In this document: in pieces, positions 1 through 8,620 of the stretch
Position numbering within the stretch: the stretch's first letter is position 1
Layout: each line of letters starts with the position of its first letter
Origin: an uncultured Desulfovibrionaceae bacterium
GTDB taxonomy: Bacteria > Bacillota > Dethiobacteria > DTU022 > UBA8154
Reading direction: 5' to 3'
Assembly (NCBI GenBank): GCA_964581355.1
Contig: CAZOOA010000003.1
Location: 8,503 to 72,502, forward strand
DNA: 64,000 bases
The notes under the pieces: model-generated
What the model was told of the DNA's origin: nothing
Databases searched by the model: none
What the model saw: the letters and a program-made list of their open reading frames with translations, nothing else
Translations under genes and position numbers: made by a program

Positions 1-1
1 A

Positions 2-628
2 TTGATCTTGTGGTCTTCCCAGGAGTTTTCCTTTATTGAGTTGGCCGATGAGTTTGCTACAGGCAGCAGCATGATGCCCCAGAAAAAAAATCCCGATATC
101 CCGGAACTGGTTCGGGCCAAAACGGGCAGGGTGTATGGAAACTTGATGGCCCTTCTCACCGTTTTTAAAGGGCTGCCATTAACATATAATAAAGATATGC
201 AGGAAGACAAGGAGCCTTTTTTTGATACCATTGACACCATTAAAAGTGTGCTGGAAATATTTCCTCCCATGCTGCTTTCCATGGAGATCAAACGCGACCG
301 GATTAACAGGGCTTTGAATGACGATTTTTCCACAGCTACAGAATTGGCCGACTATTTAGCCCAGCAAGGGGTCCCCTTTAGGGAATCGCACCGGGTAGTG
401 GGAGAGATCGTCCGCTTCTGCCTGGATAAAGGTAAAAAACTACCGGATCTTACCAGCAAAGAGTTGCAAGGCTTTCATCCTATGCTTCAATCTTCTGAAG
501 CCCGTGCCGTCCTGGACCACAGGACAGCAGTAACAGCCAGGCGCTGCAGGGGGGGAACCTCTCCAGAGGCACTCCGGGAACAGCTGCAGCGGGCTAAAGA
601 GTTCCTGGGAAAAAGTGTTTTTGGTTGA
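2..628 (+). CDS. argH: Argininosuccinate lyase, C-terminal part (truncated by window edge)
   Basis: Fumarase-superfamily signature GSSMMPQKKNPD, followed by KGLPLTYNKDMQEDKE and VPFRESHRVVG typical of ArgH. Confidence 0.96.
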   Translation: MILWSSQEFSFIELADEFATGSSMMPQKKNPDIPELVRAKTGRVYGNLMALLTVFKGLPLTYNKDMQEDKEPFFDTIDTIKSVLEIFPPMLLSMEIKRDRINRALNDDFSTATELADYLAQQGVPFRESHRVVGEIVRFCLDKGKKLPDLTSKELQGFHPMLQSSEARAVLDHRTAVTARRCRGGTSPEALREQLQRAKEFLGKSVFG

Positions 629-802
629 GCAGGAATTTTGGGACAACTCAAAGAATTATAAAGTATGAAAATGGAGTTTTAAGTTTCCCGGTACGACTCC
701 GGTTATCTTCGCGGCAAAGCGTTAAGGCTCAGTTCAAGCTTCCGCGTTCATAAAATGTGCTATTCAATTAAAGGAGGTGGGCCTGTAATACAGGCCAATA
801 TT

Positions 803-1651
803 ATGTTTAAAAAAGTGCTACTTGCTATGGATTCTTCTGCAGCAGCCCTGGAGCTTTTTAACTGCATTCCCGATCTGCAAAAAAAAGGATTGGAAGAGCT
901 GCTGATTGTGCATGTGGTCAACATGGAAGCTCTGCGTGGGGAAGACGCCGAGACGTACAGACAGAGGTTTGTTTCCAGAATTGAAGATAAAATGAAAGCC
1001 ATTGAAGAGGAAGACATTAATGTCAGGCTGATTACCCCTCATGGACACCCTGCTGAAGAAATTGCTAAAACGGGAGAATCAGAAGATGTAGACCTGATAT
1101 TGATCGGCTCAATCGGGGAAAGTATTATTCGGGAGATTTTCCTGGGCAGTACGGTTAACGAACTGATCCGGCTTTCCAGCAAACCTGTCCTGATCGAAAA
1201 ATATATCACCCTGGGGGAAAAAACCCGCCGGATCCCGATCTTCTTACAGAAATGGGCTACAGTGATGCTGCCTACAGACTTTTCCGAGTCTTCAGAAGCA
1301 GTTTGCCAAAAATTTCTGGATAATGCGGACAAGCTGCACCGGGTAATCTTGCTTCATGTTGTTGATAAAGGACATACCGATGCTGACATTAAAAAACATA
1401 CGGAAAATGCACAAAAACACCTGCAAAAATGGGAGGAAGCGTTTCAAGCCAAAAATGTTGATGTAGAAGTGAAAGTTTCTTCGGGGGTTGCTTCCCAGCA
1501 GATCAACGATATTGCCGAGTTTGAAGGCGTAACCTTGATTGCCATGCCGACCCGTGGATTGGGTTATTTTGCCAACCTGTTAATTGGAAGTACGGCAGAT
1601 GCAGTAGTCCGCCGCTCCAATCGGCCCGTCTTATTATTTAGGGATAGTTAA
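803..1651 (+). CDS. Universal stress protein with two USP domains
   Basis: MFKKVLLAMDSS start, ILIGSIGESIIREIFLGSTV and MPTRGLGYFANLLIGSTADAVVRRSNRPVL motifs. ATG 803 preferred over ORF-track start 755 from domain start and SD position. Confidence 0.9.
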   Translation: MFKKVLLAMDSSAAALELFNCIPDLQKKGLEELLIVHVVNMEALRGEDAETYRQRFVSRIEDKMKAIEEEDINVRLITPHGHPAEEIAKTGESEDVDLILIGSIGESIIREIFLGSTVNELIRLSSKPVLIEKYITLGEKTRRIPIFLQKWATVMLPTDFSESSEAVCQKFLDNADKLHRVILLHVVDKGHTDADIKKHTENAQKHLQKWEEAFQAKNVDVEVKVSSGVASQQINDIAEFEGVTLIAMPTRGLGYFANLLIGSTADAVVRRSNRPVLLFRDS

Positions 1652-1960
1652 TATGGAGTTATACTATATAGATTAAACCAGAAGCTTTTTTGCTTTGGCT
1701 GTCAGCAGCGGACGTTTTTGAGTACATGACGGATTTTGTTTGTAATATACGTTCTGTTTAAAAAGTCACAATAAAGCTTAATCCTGTGTTACTTACCTGT
1801 TTCAGGCTTCATCAAAGCTAAAACAGCTTCAAAGCGGGATATTTGTGCCTTTACCCTCTGCGCTTATTACTGATCAACGCGGTTAGCCTGCGAGCCTGAG
1901 GTTCTTTTTTTCAGCACGTGCCAGTAATTTTGCGCTTTCTGCACTTTACCCTCTTTTTGA

Positions 1961-2033
1961 GTAACTGCTCAGCCCTTATTTAAATGCGCAACACGCTCCG
2001 CAGCTTCGCTTAAAAATAGCGCTAAGCAGTTAC
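1961..2033. mobile_element. MITE-like element (family 2), 73 bp
   Basis: Terminal inverted repeats GTAACTGCTCAGC (1961-1973) / GCTAAGCAGTTAC (2021-2033), 12 of 13 match; CTTTTTG on both flanks (1953-1959, 2034-2040); related end at 13632-13644. Confidence 0.6.
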
Positions 2034-2290
2034 CTTTTTGGTTCCTTTAAGCATTATTTATGGTCCACCCGTCCACACCCTGCTTCGGTTTTCTTTTCCC
2101 CGTTATATACCCATCCCTTCTCTTATTAACAAGACCTTCTCCAGCATCAAAGGTTAGTATGAAAATCAAACAATTCACTTGGTTTTTTTGTTGCTTTTTG
2201 CTCCCGGAAGAGGGTATAATCAAAAAAGCTTGTTTAGCAAAACTCCAGGACGGAAGCTTTGCTCTGATCAAACAGAAAGAGTTGCCTTGC

Positions 2291-2809
2291 ATGGAAAATA
2301 TGCCCAGGAAATACAGCCATCATTATGTGCCTTCTCCGCAGCGTATTACCCGGATCATGGAGATGCTGCAACAAAACCAGCAAGAAATGGATGCTCTAGT
2401 TGCTGAAGTATTGGCTGCCAATGGCGACCTGATAGCAGTTGGGGAGCCCAGGTTTTTGCTGCGGTTAGGCAGCTATCTTTATGATTATTACCTGCTGCTG
2501 GAAGAAATTATGCTGGCTCTAGCTTCTCTGGCGGATCAGTGGACCCCAGGCAGTCTGGATTGGCATGTGCGACTGTTAAAGCTTCTGAGTTCACCGGTAA
2601 AAGAGGTCAGGCCGCCAGCTTTTTCTCCAGACACGGCTTCGTTTCTGGAAGGGTATCTCTATTTTTATCTTTCTTTTCATCACAATTGCTCCAATCTATC
2701 TCGAGAAAAAATGAACAGGTTAGTTAATGATCTGGAACGGACCCACAAGATGGTCATGGAAGATTTGGCTCGATTTAACCGAGTCTTAAAAATGCTTTAC
2801 AGGTGCTAA
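2291..2809 (+). CDS. Hypothetical alpha-helical protein
   Basis: Long open frame ending just before the ferredoxin gene's RBS; no recognisable motif; start uncertain (ORF track opens at 2060). Confidence 0.6.
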   Translation: MENMPRKYSHHYVPSPQRITRIMEMLQQNQQEMDALVAEVLAANGDLIAVGEPRFLLRLGSYLYDYYLLLEEIMLALASLADQWTPGSLDWHVRLLKLLSSPVKEVRPPAFSPDTASFLEGYLYFYLSFHHNCSNLSREKMNRLVNDLERTHKMVMEDLARFNRVLKMLYRC

Positions 2810-2823
2810 GGAGGGAATAAAGT

Positions 2824-3060
2824 TTGGGCAAGATTATGATTAAAGCAGAAGGTTGTAAGGGTTGCAGGTATTGTGCCAGCGCCTGTCCCAGGGAACTTAT
2901 TGCCATCAATACGGACGAAATCAATATTCTCGGCTACAATCCGGCCCGGTTTGAAAACAACCCGGACAAGCCATGTGTTGGGTGCGCTTTATGTGCCGAG
3001 GTCTGTCCTGATGTGCTGATTGAAGTTTACAGGGAAAAGAAAGGGGCGAAAAACAAATGA
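2824..3060 (+). CDS. 2x[4Fe-4S] ferredoxin-like delta subunit of 2-oxoacid:ferredoxin oxidoreductase
   Basis: CKGCRYC..CP and CVGCALCAEVCP cluster motifs; first gene of the OFOR operon. Confidence 0.9.
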   Translation: MGKIMIKAEGCKGCRYCASACPRELIAINTDEINILGYNPARFENNPDKPCVGCALCAEVCPDVLIEVYREKKGAKNK

Positions 3061-4136
3061 ACCAGTGTAAGATGCTAAGAGGTAGTGTAGCTCTGGCAGA
3101 GGGAGCACTAATCGCCGGTTGCCAGTACTATTTTGGCTATCCAATTACTCCCCAAAATGATATTCCAGAGTATCTCTCTCAGCAGCTGCCTAAGCAGGGA
3201 GGCATTTTTATTCAAGCGGAGAGCGAGGTAGCTTCAATTAATATGCTCTTGGGGGCGGCAGCAGCAGGGGCCCGTGCCATGACTTCCTCATCAGGTCCTG
3301 GCATATCATTGATGCAGGAAGGTCTTTCCTACATGGCCGGTTCAGAATTGCCAGGCCTGGTTGTGAATATTACACGGATTGGACCGGGTTTAGGCGGCAT
3401 TGCGCCTTCTCAAGGGGACTACTGGCAGGCTACCCGGGGAGGAGGACACGGCGATTACCGGTTAATCGTGCTGGCTCCCAATTCAGTCCAGGAAATGTAT
3501 GATTTAACGATTAAGGCTTTTGAGCTGGCTGACAAATACAGAAACCCGGCCATGATTTTAGGGGATGCCATCCTGGGGCAGATGAAAGAACCAGTTCGGC
3601 TGAACAAACCTGATATTGAGCCACCGGAAAAACCTTGGGCGCTGCGTGGAGCCAGTGGTAGAAAGCCTCAATTAATCAAGTCTTTGTTCCTTAAAGATGG
3701 TGAAATGGAAAAGCACAACTGGCACCTGCAGGAGAAGTATAAGCGGTTAAGGGAAAATGAGGCGATGGTAGAAGCAGATCTGGAAGATAAAATGGACATC
3801 CTGGTTGTTTCTTTTGGATCCTGCTCAAGAATTGTGCAATCAGCTGTCCACATGGCCCGTTCCCGGGGAATCAGGGTGGGGCTGGTTCGTCCTATATCCC
3901 TTTATCCATTCCCGGAAAGGCAGATCAGGGAAGCTTCCAAGATTGCGCAGAAAGTTCTTACGGTAGAGATGAATACCGGGCAGATGTGGGATGATGTTCG
4001 ACTCTCCCTGGCCCCAGGGTGCCAGGCCCGTTTGATGGCCAGGCCGGGCGGGGGGATTCCTACGCCACAGCAGATCGTAGAGGAGATAGACTCTTTTTTG
4101 AAGGCAGGTGATCAGGTTGCAGAAAGTATTTGCTAA
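3057..4136 (+). CDS. vorB: 2-oxoacid:ferredoxin oxidoreductase alpha subunit (VorB / 2-ketoisovalerate type)
   Basis: GYPITPQ, QAESEVASINM, TSSSGPGISLMQEG motifs. Confidence 0.85.
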   Translation: MNQCKMLRGSVALAEGALIAGCQYYFGYPITPQNDIPEYLSQQLPKQGGIFIQAESEVASINMLLGAAAAGARAMTSSSGPGISLMQEGLSYMAGSELPGLVVNITRIGPGLGGIAPSQGDYWQATRGGGHGDYRLIVLAPNSVQEMYDLTIKAFELADKYRNPAMILGDAILGQMKEPVRLNKPDIEPPEKPWALRGASGRKPQLIKSLFLKDGEMEKHNWHLQEKYKRLRENEAMVEADLEDKMDILVVSFGSCSRIVQSAVHMARSRGIRVGLVRPISLYPFPERQIREASKIAQKVLTVEMNTGQMWDDVRLSLAPGCQARLMARPGGGIPTPQQIVEEIDSFLKAGDQVAESIC

Positions 4137-4869
4137 ACCAGAATCATTAATTGAAACGACCTTCCACTTTTGCCCTGGCTGCCACCATGGAACCGTTCAT
4201 CGCCTGGTTTGCGAAGCGATTGATCACTACCAGGCTCGTGAAAAAACCATCGGTGTTCCCGGCGTTGGTTGTGGAGTATTTCTGTATGATTATGTTGACA
4301 TCGATGTCTGTGAAGCCCCTCACGGCAGAGCTCCCGCTGTGGCCACAGGCTTGAAAAGGGTTTTGCCTCAAAGCTTAATTTTTACCTACCAGGGAGACGG
4401 TGATTTAGGAGCTATTGGGATGTCCGAAATAGTGCATACAGCCAACCGGGGGGAAAATATTACAGTAATTTTCGTTAACAACAGCGTCTACGGCATGACG
4501 GGGGGGCAAATGGCGCCGACCACTCTCTTGGGGCAGCAGACCACAACTTCTCCCTATGGAAGGGATTTTCATACGGATGGCTATCCCATCCGGATGACTG
4601 AAATGCTTGCTACCCTGGAGGGGGTTGCATTTGCCTCCCGGGTTTCGCTTCATACAGCGGCACATGTGAAAAAAGCCCGGAAAGCGATAATGAAAGCATT
4701 TGAGATGCAGACACAAAATATGGGTTTTACCTTCGTGGAGTTTATTTCTTCCTGCCCAACTAATTGGAACATGAATCCCCAAAAAAGTGTGGAACGCCTG
4801 GAGGAGGAAATGCTTCCTTATTACCCGTTGGGTACGTTTAAAGAACGGACAGCACCGGACTACTTATAA
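4108..4869 (+). CDS. 2-oxoacid:ferredoxin oxidoreductase beta (TPP-binding) subunit
   Basis: FCPGCHHG, GVGC, TPP motif QGDGDLGAIG...NN, YGMTGGQMAPTT. Confidence 0.92.
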   Translation: MIRLQKVFAKPESLIETTFHFCPGCHHGTVHRLVCEAIDHYQAREKTIGVPGVGCGVFLYDYVDIDVCEAPHGRAPAVATGLKRVLPQSLIFTYQGDGDLGAIGMSEIVHTANRGENITVIFVNNSVYGMTGGQMAPTTLLGQQTTTSPYGRDFHTDGYPIRMTEMLATLEGVAFASRVSLHTAAHVKKARKAIMKAFEMQTQNMGFTFVEFISSCPTNWNMNPQKSVERLEEEMLPYYPLGTFKERTAPDYL

Positions 4870-4884
4870 ACGAGGTGGTTAAGA

Positions 4885-5439
4885 ATGTACTATGATGTTA
4901 TCCTGACCGGTTTTGGTGGGCAGGGCATTCTCTTAATTGGAGACATTTTGGCCCAGGCGGCCATGATGGAAGATAAGCATGTAACATGGATGCCCTCTTA
5001 CGGCGTGGAAATGCGAGGTGGAACCGCCAACTGCACAGTGGTTATTTCTACTGAAACTATCGGTTCACCCCTGACCGATCAACCCCATGGCGTGATCTGT
5101 ATGAGTAAGCCTTCCCTGCTAAAATTCCAGGGTAAAATTAAAGAAAAAGGTCTGCTGGTTGTAAATACTTCCTTCGTTGAACAGGAACTGGTCACTCGAG
5201 AAGATATTGAAGCAATATGCTTACCAGCCAGTGAGATAGCATTCCAGGAAGTAGGCCAGCATAAGATGGCTAACATGATTGTTTTAGGGGCATTCCTGGC
5301 GGCCAGCAAGGTTGTCGACCCGCAGACGGTAGTAAATTCCCTGGCGGAATTGTTTCAGGGAGAAAAGGAAAAGCTCATTGCTCCCATGGTCCAGGCACTG
5401 CATTGCGGTATGAACTACCAAAATACACAGGAGGTGTAA
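4885..5439 (+). CDS. 2-oxoacid:ferredoxin oxidoreductase gamma subunit
   Basis: GFGGQGILL, SYGVEMRGGTA, ANMIVLGA motifs. Confidence 0.92.
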   Translation: MYYDVILTGFGGQGILLIGDILAQAAMMEDKHVTWMPSYGVEMRGGTANCTVVISTETIGSPLTDQPHGVICMSKPSLLKFQGKIKEKGLLVVNTSFVEQELVTREDIEAICLPASEIAFQEVGQHKMANMIVLGAFLAASKVVDPQTVVNSLAELFQGEKEKLIAPMVQALHCGMNYQNTQEV

Positions 5440-5441
5440 AA

Positions 5442-6023
5442 TTGTCTCGAGAAGAGCAGAATGAAATCAATGTAGGGGAAACGATAAAAAAATTGCGGCA
5501 GGAAAAACAATTAACCCTGCACCAGGTAGCCGAGCGCACCGGATTCTCCACGGCCTTGCTTTCCCAGATTGAAAACCACCTGATTTCCCCTCCCTTGGGG
5601 ACCCTGGGGAAAATTGCCCGGGCCCTGGAGGTGGATATGGGCTACTTCTTTGGGTCCAGCAGCAATGCCCAGTTTACCATTGTTCGGCACAATGAAAGAC
5701 GTCCCGTTTCCCGGGTTGCTTCCAGGCAGGGAGTCAAATACGGCTACTCGTATGAGTCCCTGGCTTTTGAGCAGAAAAATCGTCATATGGAGCCTTTCAT
5801 TGTCATCCTGGAACCAGCCACCCGAAAAGATCGACATGCCTACAGCCATGAAGGCGAAGAGTTCATTTTTGTCCTGGATGGCAAAATGGAAGTCATCCTG
5901 GGGGACCATGTTGATATTCTCGAACCCGGCGATTCAATTTATTTTCATTCAGAGATACCCCACAGGGTTCAGTGCGTCGACGGTGAAGAAACCAGAATCC
6001 TGGCAGTAATTTACACCCCTTAA
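5442..6023 (+). CDS. XRE-family HTH regulator with C-terminal cupin domain
   Basis: IKKLRQEKQLTLHQVAERTGFSTALLSQIEN HTH; HEGEEFIFVLDG...FHSEIPH cupin; TTG 5442 downstream of GGAGGTG. Confidence 0.9.
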   Translation: MSREEQNEINVGETIKKLRQEKQLTLHQVAERTGFSTALLSQIENHLISPPLGTLGKIARALEVDMGYFFGSSSNAQFTIVRHNERRPVSRVASRQGVKYGYSYESLAFEQKNRHMEPFIVILEPATRKDRHAYSHEGEEFIFVLDGKMEVILGDHVDILEPGDSIYFHSEIPHRVQCVDGEETRILAVIYTP

Positions 6024-6045
6024 GTATACTTAAGGGGTGTATTTT
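6012..6045. terminator. Perfect 30-bp palindrome, probable terminator between convergent genes
   Basis: TACACCCCTTAAGTATACTTAAGGGGTGTA (6012-6041) equals its own reverse complement and is followed by TTTT. Confidence 0.7.
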
Positions 6046-6123
6046 CAAATGCTGGCCTGGCCTTTATTGTTGAACTGCCCGCTGCAGAACGTCCCAGGCT
6101 GATATCTTTTGTTTTTAAAGTGG

Positions 6124-6312
6124 TTAGTAGCCTTCAAAGATATTCCATTTAAGAAATAACAGGGAGGCCAGAACCTGAACAATACCAATAAAAAATGTGG
6201 TTAACAGAAAGCCCTCGTCGTAAGTAAATGAACTGACTATACTCCAAACACCAATAATCAGGAGAATTACAAAAAGAATCCATTGACGGTATTGAAATTT
6301 TTTTCTCAACAC
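6124..6312 (-). CDS. Small two-TM membrane protein
   Basis: Two hydrophobic segments; GGAGGGAG RBS upstream on the minus strand. Confidence 0.65.
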   Translation of the reverse strand: MLRKKFQYRQWILFVILLIIGVWSIVSSFTYDEGFLLTTFFIGIVQVLASLLFLKWNIFEGY

Positions 6313-6522
6313 TCTCCCTCCAATCTTCTGGTTTAAATTTTATATGACTTTATGCCCTATGTCTATTATGACATGATTCATCATGAATTTCAAATTACCT
6401 TTTTTCTGGTTGTTTTGCCTACAAGCGGATATTTTTCGCACAAAAAAAGGAAAAAGAAGCATTTGTGACGAATTACCCCTAAATGAACCTTGGCATCTTT
6501 TTTTTGGGGAGATAATGTCACG

Positions 6523-7665
6523 TTGACTATCTATTATGGATTTATGACTGTTCTATCTATTATGATTGCAGGGCTGATTTACTTAGCAAAAAAGCCTTTC
6601 TTGGGGGTTCCTAAAAAATATCTGTATGCCATGGTATTATGGGTATTTCTGGTTTCCGCTTTTTTCCCAGGGTTGCTTAGTTTTTTTTCGTTACAATTTG
6701 CCCTGGTTAGCTCGACTTTTATCGCTCTTTTGGGAGCTGCCTTGCTTTATTCCCGGGCTGAACAGAAAGCGGGTGAAGCGGAAACATATGAAGAGATGAA
6801 AGTGAAAACGACAAAAGATTATTCTGTAGATGATGTTGTTTCCCTGGAAAATGAATTTTCCGCTGCAGCGATTGCTTCAGAAGAGCCTTTCACTTCATCG
6901 ACTTTTATAATGGATCAAGAAGGGTCAGCACATAAAGAACAAACAGGTCCGGATATCCCTTTTACACTTCAAGATCAAAAAGAAGTTCAGGAAGAGGGGG
7001 ATGAACGCAAAGAGCTGGAACAGGTTGAACCGGAACTGTTGCAACAGCAGACTGAAAAAGACGTAGAAGAAGACCTGGATGAGCCAGTGCCGCAGCAGCA
7101 ATTGGATCAGGATGAAAAGGCGCGGCAGGATGAGAAAGCGCGGATAGAAGAGGCCGCCCAGGAAGAACATAAAACAGAAACTCCAGAAGAACAACTGCTT
7201 TTAACAACAGGTGAACAAGCCAGCCTGTTTTTACCTGAATCTTTCGAGGAACCTAAAGAGGAGGAGGTACTATTTTTGCCCCAACAAAAAGATAAGATAA
7301 CTGAATTGATTAATAACGCTTTTATAGCCAAAGAACAAAGCAATTTCTCTCAGGCAGCAGGTATTTTTAAGTCGGCCCTGGCTTATGTTGATGATGTTTC
7401 CGTAAAAGGTATGATCTATACGGAATTGGTTTTTATTTACAAAGAAATGGGCAAGTACCTGGAAGCTGCTGGGCTAATGGAGGGATTTCTCACCGAGAAC
7501 GCAGCAAAACTTTCCCCATCTTTAAAAAACCATTTTACTCAACTAGTATCTTATTTGCGAACCCTTGACGAATTATTAAAAAAAGCGGAACATCCCGAAA
7601 TTCCTTTTTCACAAGTTCCTCGGTTGATTAAAGTAAGGGCAGAAAAGGTTTTCAAAGAAGACTAA
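6523..7665 (+). CDS. Membrane-anchored protein with acidic linker and C-terminal TPR-like helices
   Basis: Three N-terminal hydrophobic segments, E/Q/D-rich middle, AAGIFKSAL..YKEMGKYLEAA TPR-like end; start uncertain. Confidence 0.7.
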   Translation: MTIYYGFMTVLSIMIAGLIYLAKKPFLGVPKKYLYAMVLWVFLVSAFFPGLLSFFSLQFALVSSTFIALLGAALLYSRAEQKAGEAETYEEMKVKTTKDYSVDDVVSLENEFSAAAIASEEPFTSSTFIMDQEGSAHKEQTGPDIPFTLQDQKEVQEEGDERKELEQVEPELLQQQTEKDVEEDLDEPVPQQQLDQDEKARQDEKARIEEAAQEEHKTETPEEQLLLTTGEQASLFLPESFEEPKEEEVLFLPQQKDKITELINNAFIAKEQSNFSQAAGIFKSALAYVDDVSVKGMIYTELVFIYKEMGKYLEAAGLMEGFLTENAAKLSPSLKNHFTQLVSYLRTLDELLKKAEHPEIPFSQVPRLIKVRAEKVFKED

Positions 7666-7689
7666 CCATTTTATAAGGAGGATGAAACG

Positions 7690-8541
7690 ATGAAAAAAAG
7701 TCAGGAAATTGTCAATTCCCCCGTCATCAGTATCGCTGATGGGACACAAATCGGCTCGATTAAGGGTTTGGTAATTAACCCTCAGCAGAAAAACGTGGAA
7801 TTTCTACTCCTGGATGAACAGGGAAGTGGCCAGAAATTAAGAGGGCTTCCATTTCTTGCGGCAGAAGGCTTTGGGGAATATGCGATTACAGTGGAAAATG
7901 AAAATGTTATTATTGACACATTAAAGGTAGGGGCTTTAACCGAACTGGTGCAGCAGGGAGTTAATGTTATCGGCAAAAAAGTAATTACTAAAAAAGGAAA
8001 ATACTTGGGGGATATAACCGAGTTCTCCCTGGATATTTCCAACGGCTCCCTGGCTGAGATTTATTATAAAGCCGAGGGTGAGGAAGAGAAATCCATTTCT
8101 GCGCAAAATGTTTTGACCATCGGGAAAGAAGTAGTCATTGTTGAGGAGATGGTATCTGCAACTGCTCCTTCAGCAACCGGTGAAAGCGAAGCCCTGCGGG
8201 GCACTGAACCTTCTTCAAATTTTAAACAGGGAGATGAAAGATCGCAGCAGGGTGAAGTTGATTCGCAGCAGCTGGCAACTGAAGAAAAGCCCGCTGGCGC
8301 GGATATATCGAAGCAAGAACCGGCACCTTCTGAAAAAAGCGATCTGGATCCCGCCGACATTTTTATTCAGAGGCAGCGTCAGCATATTATTGGCAAGGCT
8401 TTACTGAAAGATTTAAAGTCTGATACGGGTGAAGTGATTGCCTGGGAGAACGAAGTTGTGACAGAAGAACTATTTAATCGTGTTTATCAACTGGGCACTC
8501 AGAAGTTGATGGAGCTGGCCATGTCTGTGCGTGAAAGCTAG
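7690..8541 (+). CDS. PRC-barrel domain protein (two barrels plus C-terminal domain)
   Basis: VISIADGTQIGSIKGLVINP and VITKKGKYLGDITEFSLD PRC-barrel repeats. Confidence 0.8.
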   Translation: MKKSQEIVNSPVISIADGTQIGSIKGLVINPQQKNVEFLLLDEQGSGQKLRGLPFLAAEGFGEYAITVENENVIIDTLKVGALTELVQQGVNVIGKKVITKKGKYLGDITEFSLDISNGSLAEIYYKAEGEEEKSISAQNVLTIGKEVVIVEEMVSATAPSATGESEALRGTEPSSNFKQGDERSQQGEVDSQQLATEEKPAGADISKQEPAPSEKSDLDPADIFIQRQRQHIIGKALLKDLKSDTGEVIAWENEVVTEELFNRVYQLGTQKLMELAMSVRES

Positions 8542-8620
8542 CTTCAGTGATGAAAGAGTTGCCCCCGTTTCCTGTTTAAGAATTTGCCTGTTTAAAATGG
8601 AAGCCTGAGGGGGTGGTCAG

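Noticed and set aside
710-746. Second c-di-GMP riboswitch (GCAAAGC in a CGCGG/CCGCG stem)
   Set aside because: No GNRA-tetraloop P2 or P3 receptor; too short
2060-2290. N-terminal extension of the 249-aa ORF
   Set aside because: Low-complexity F/L/P sequence with no RBS; probably promoter DNA in an open frame
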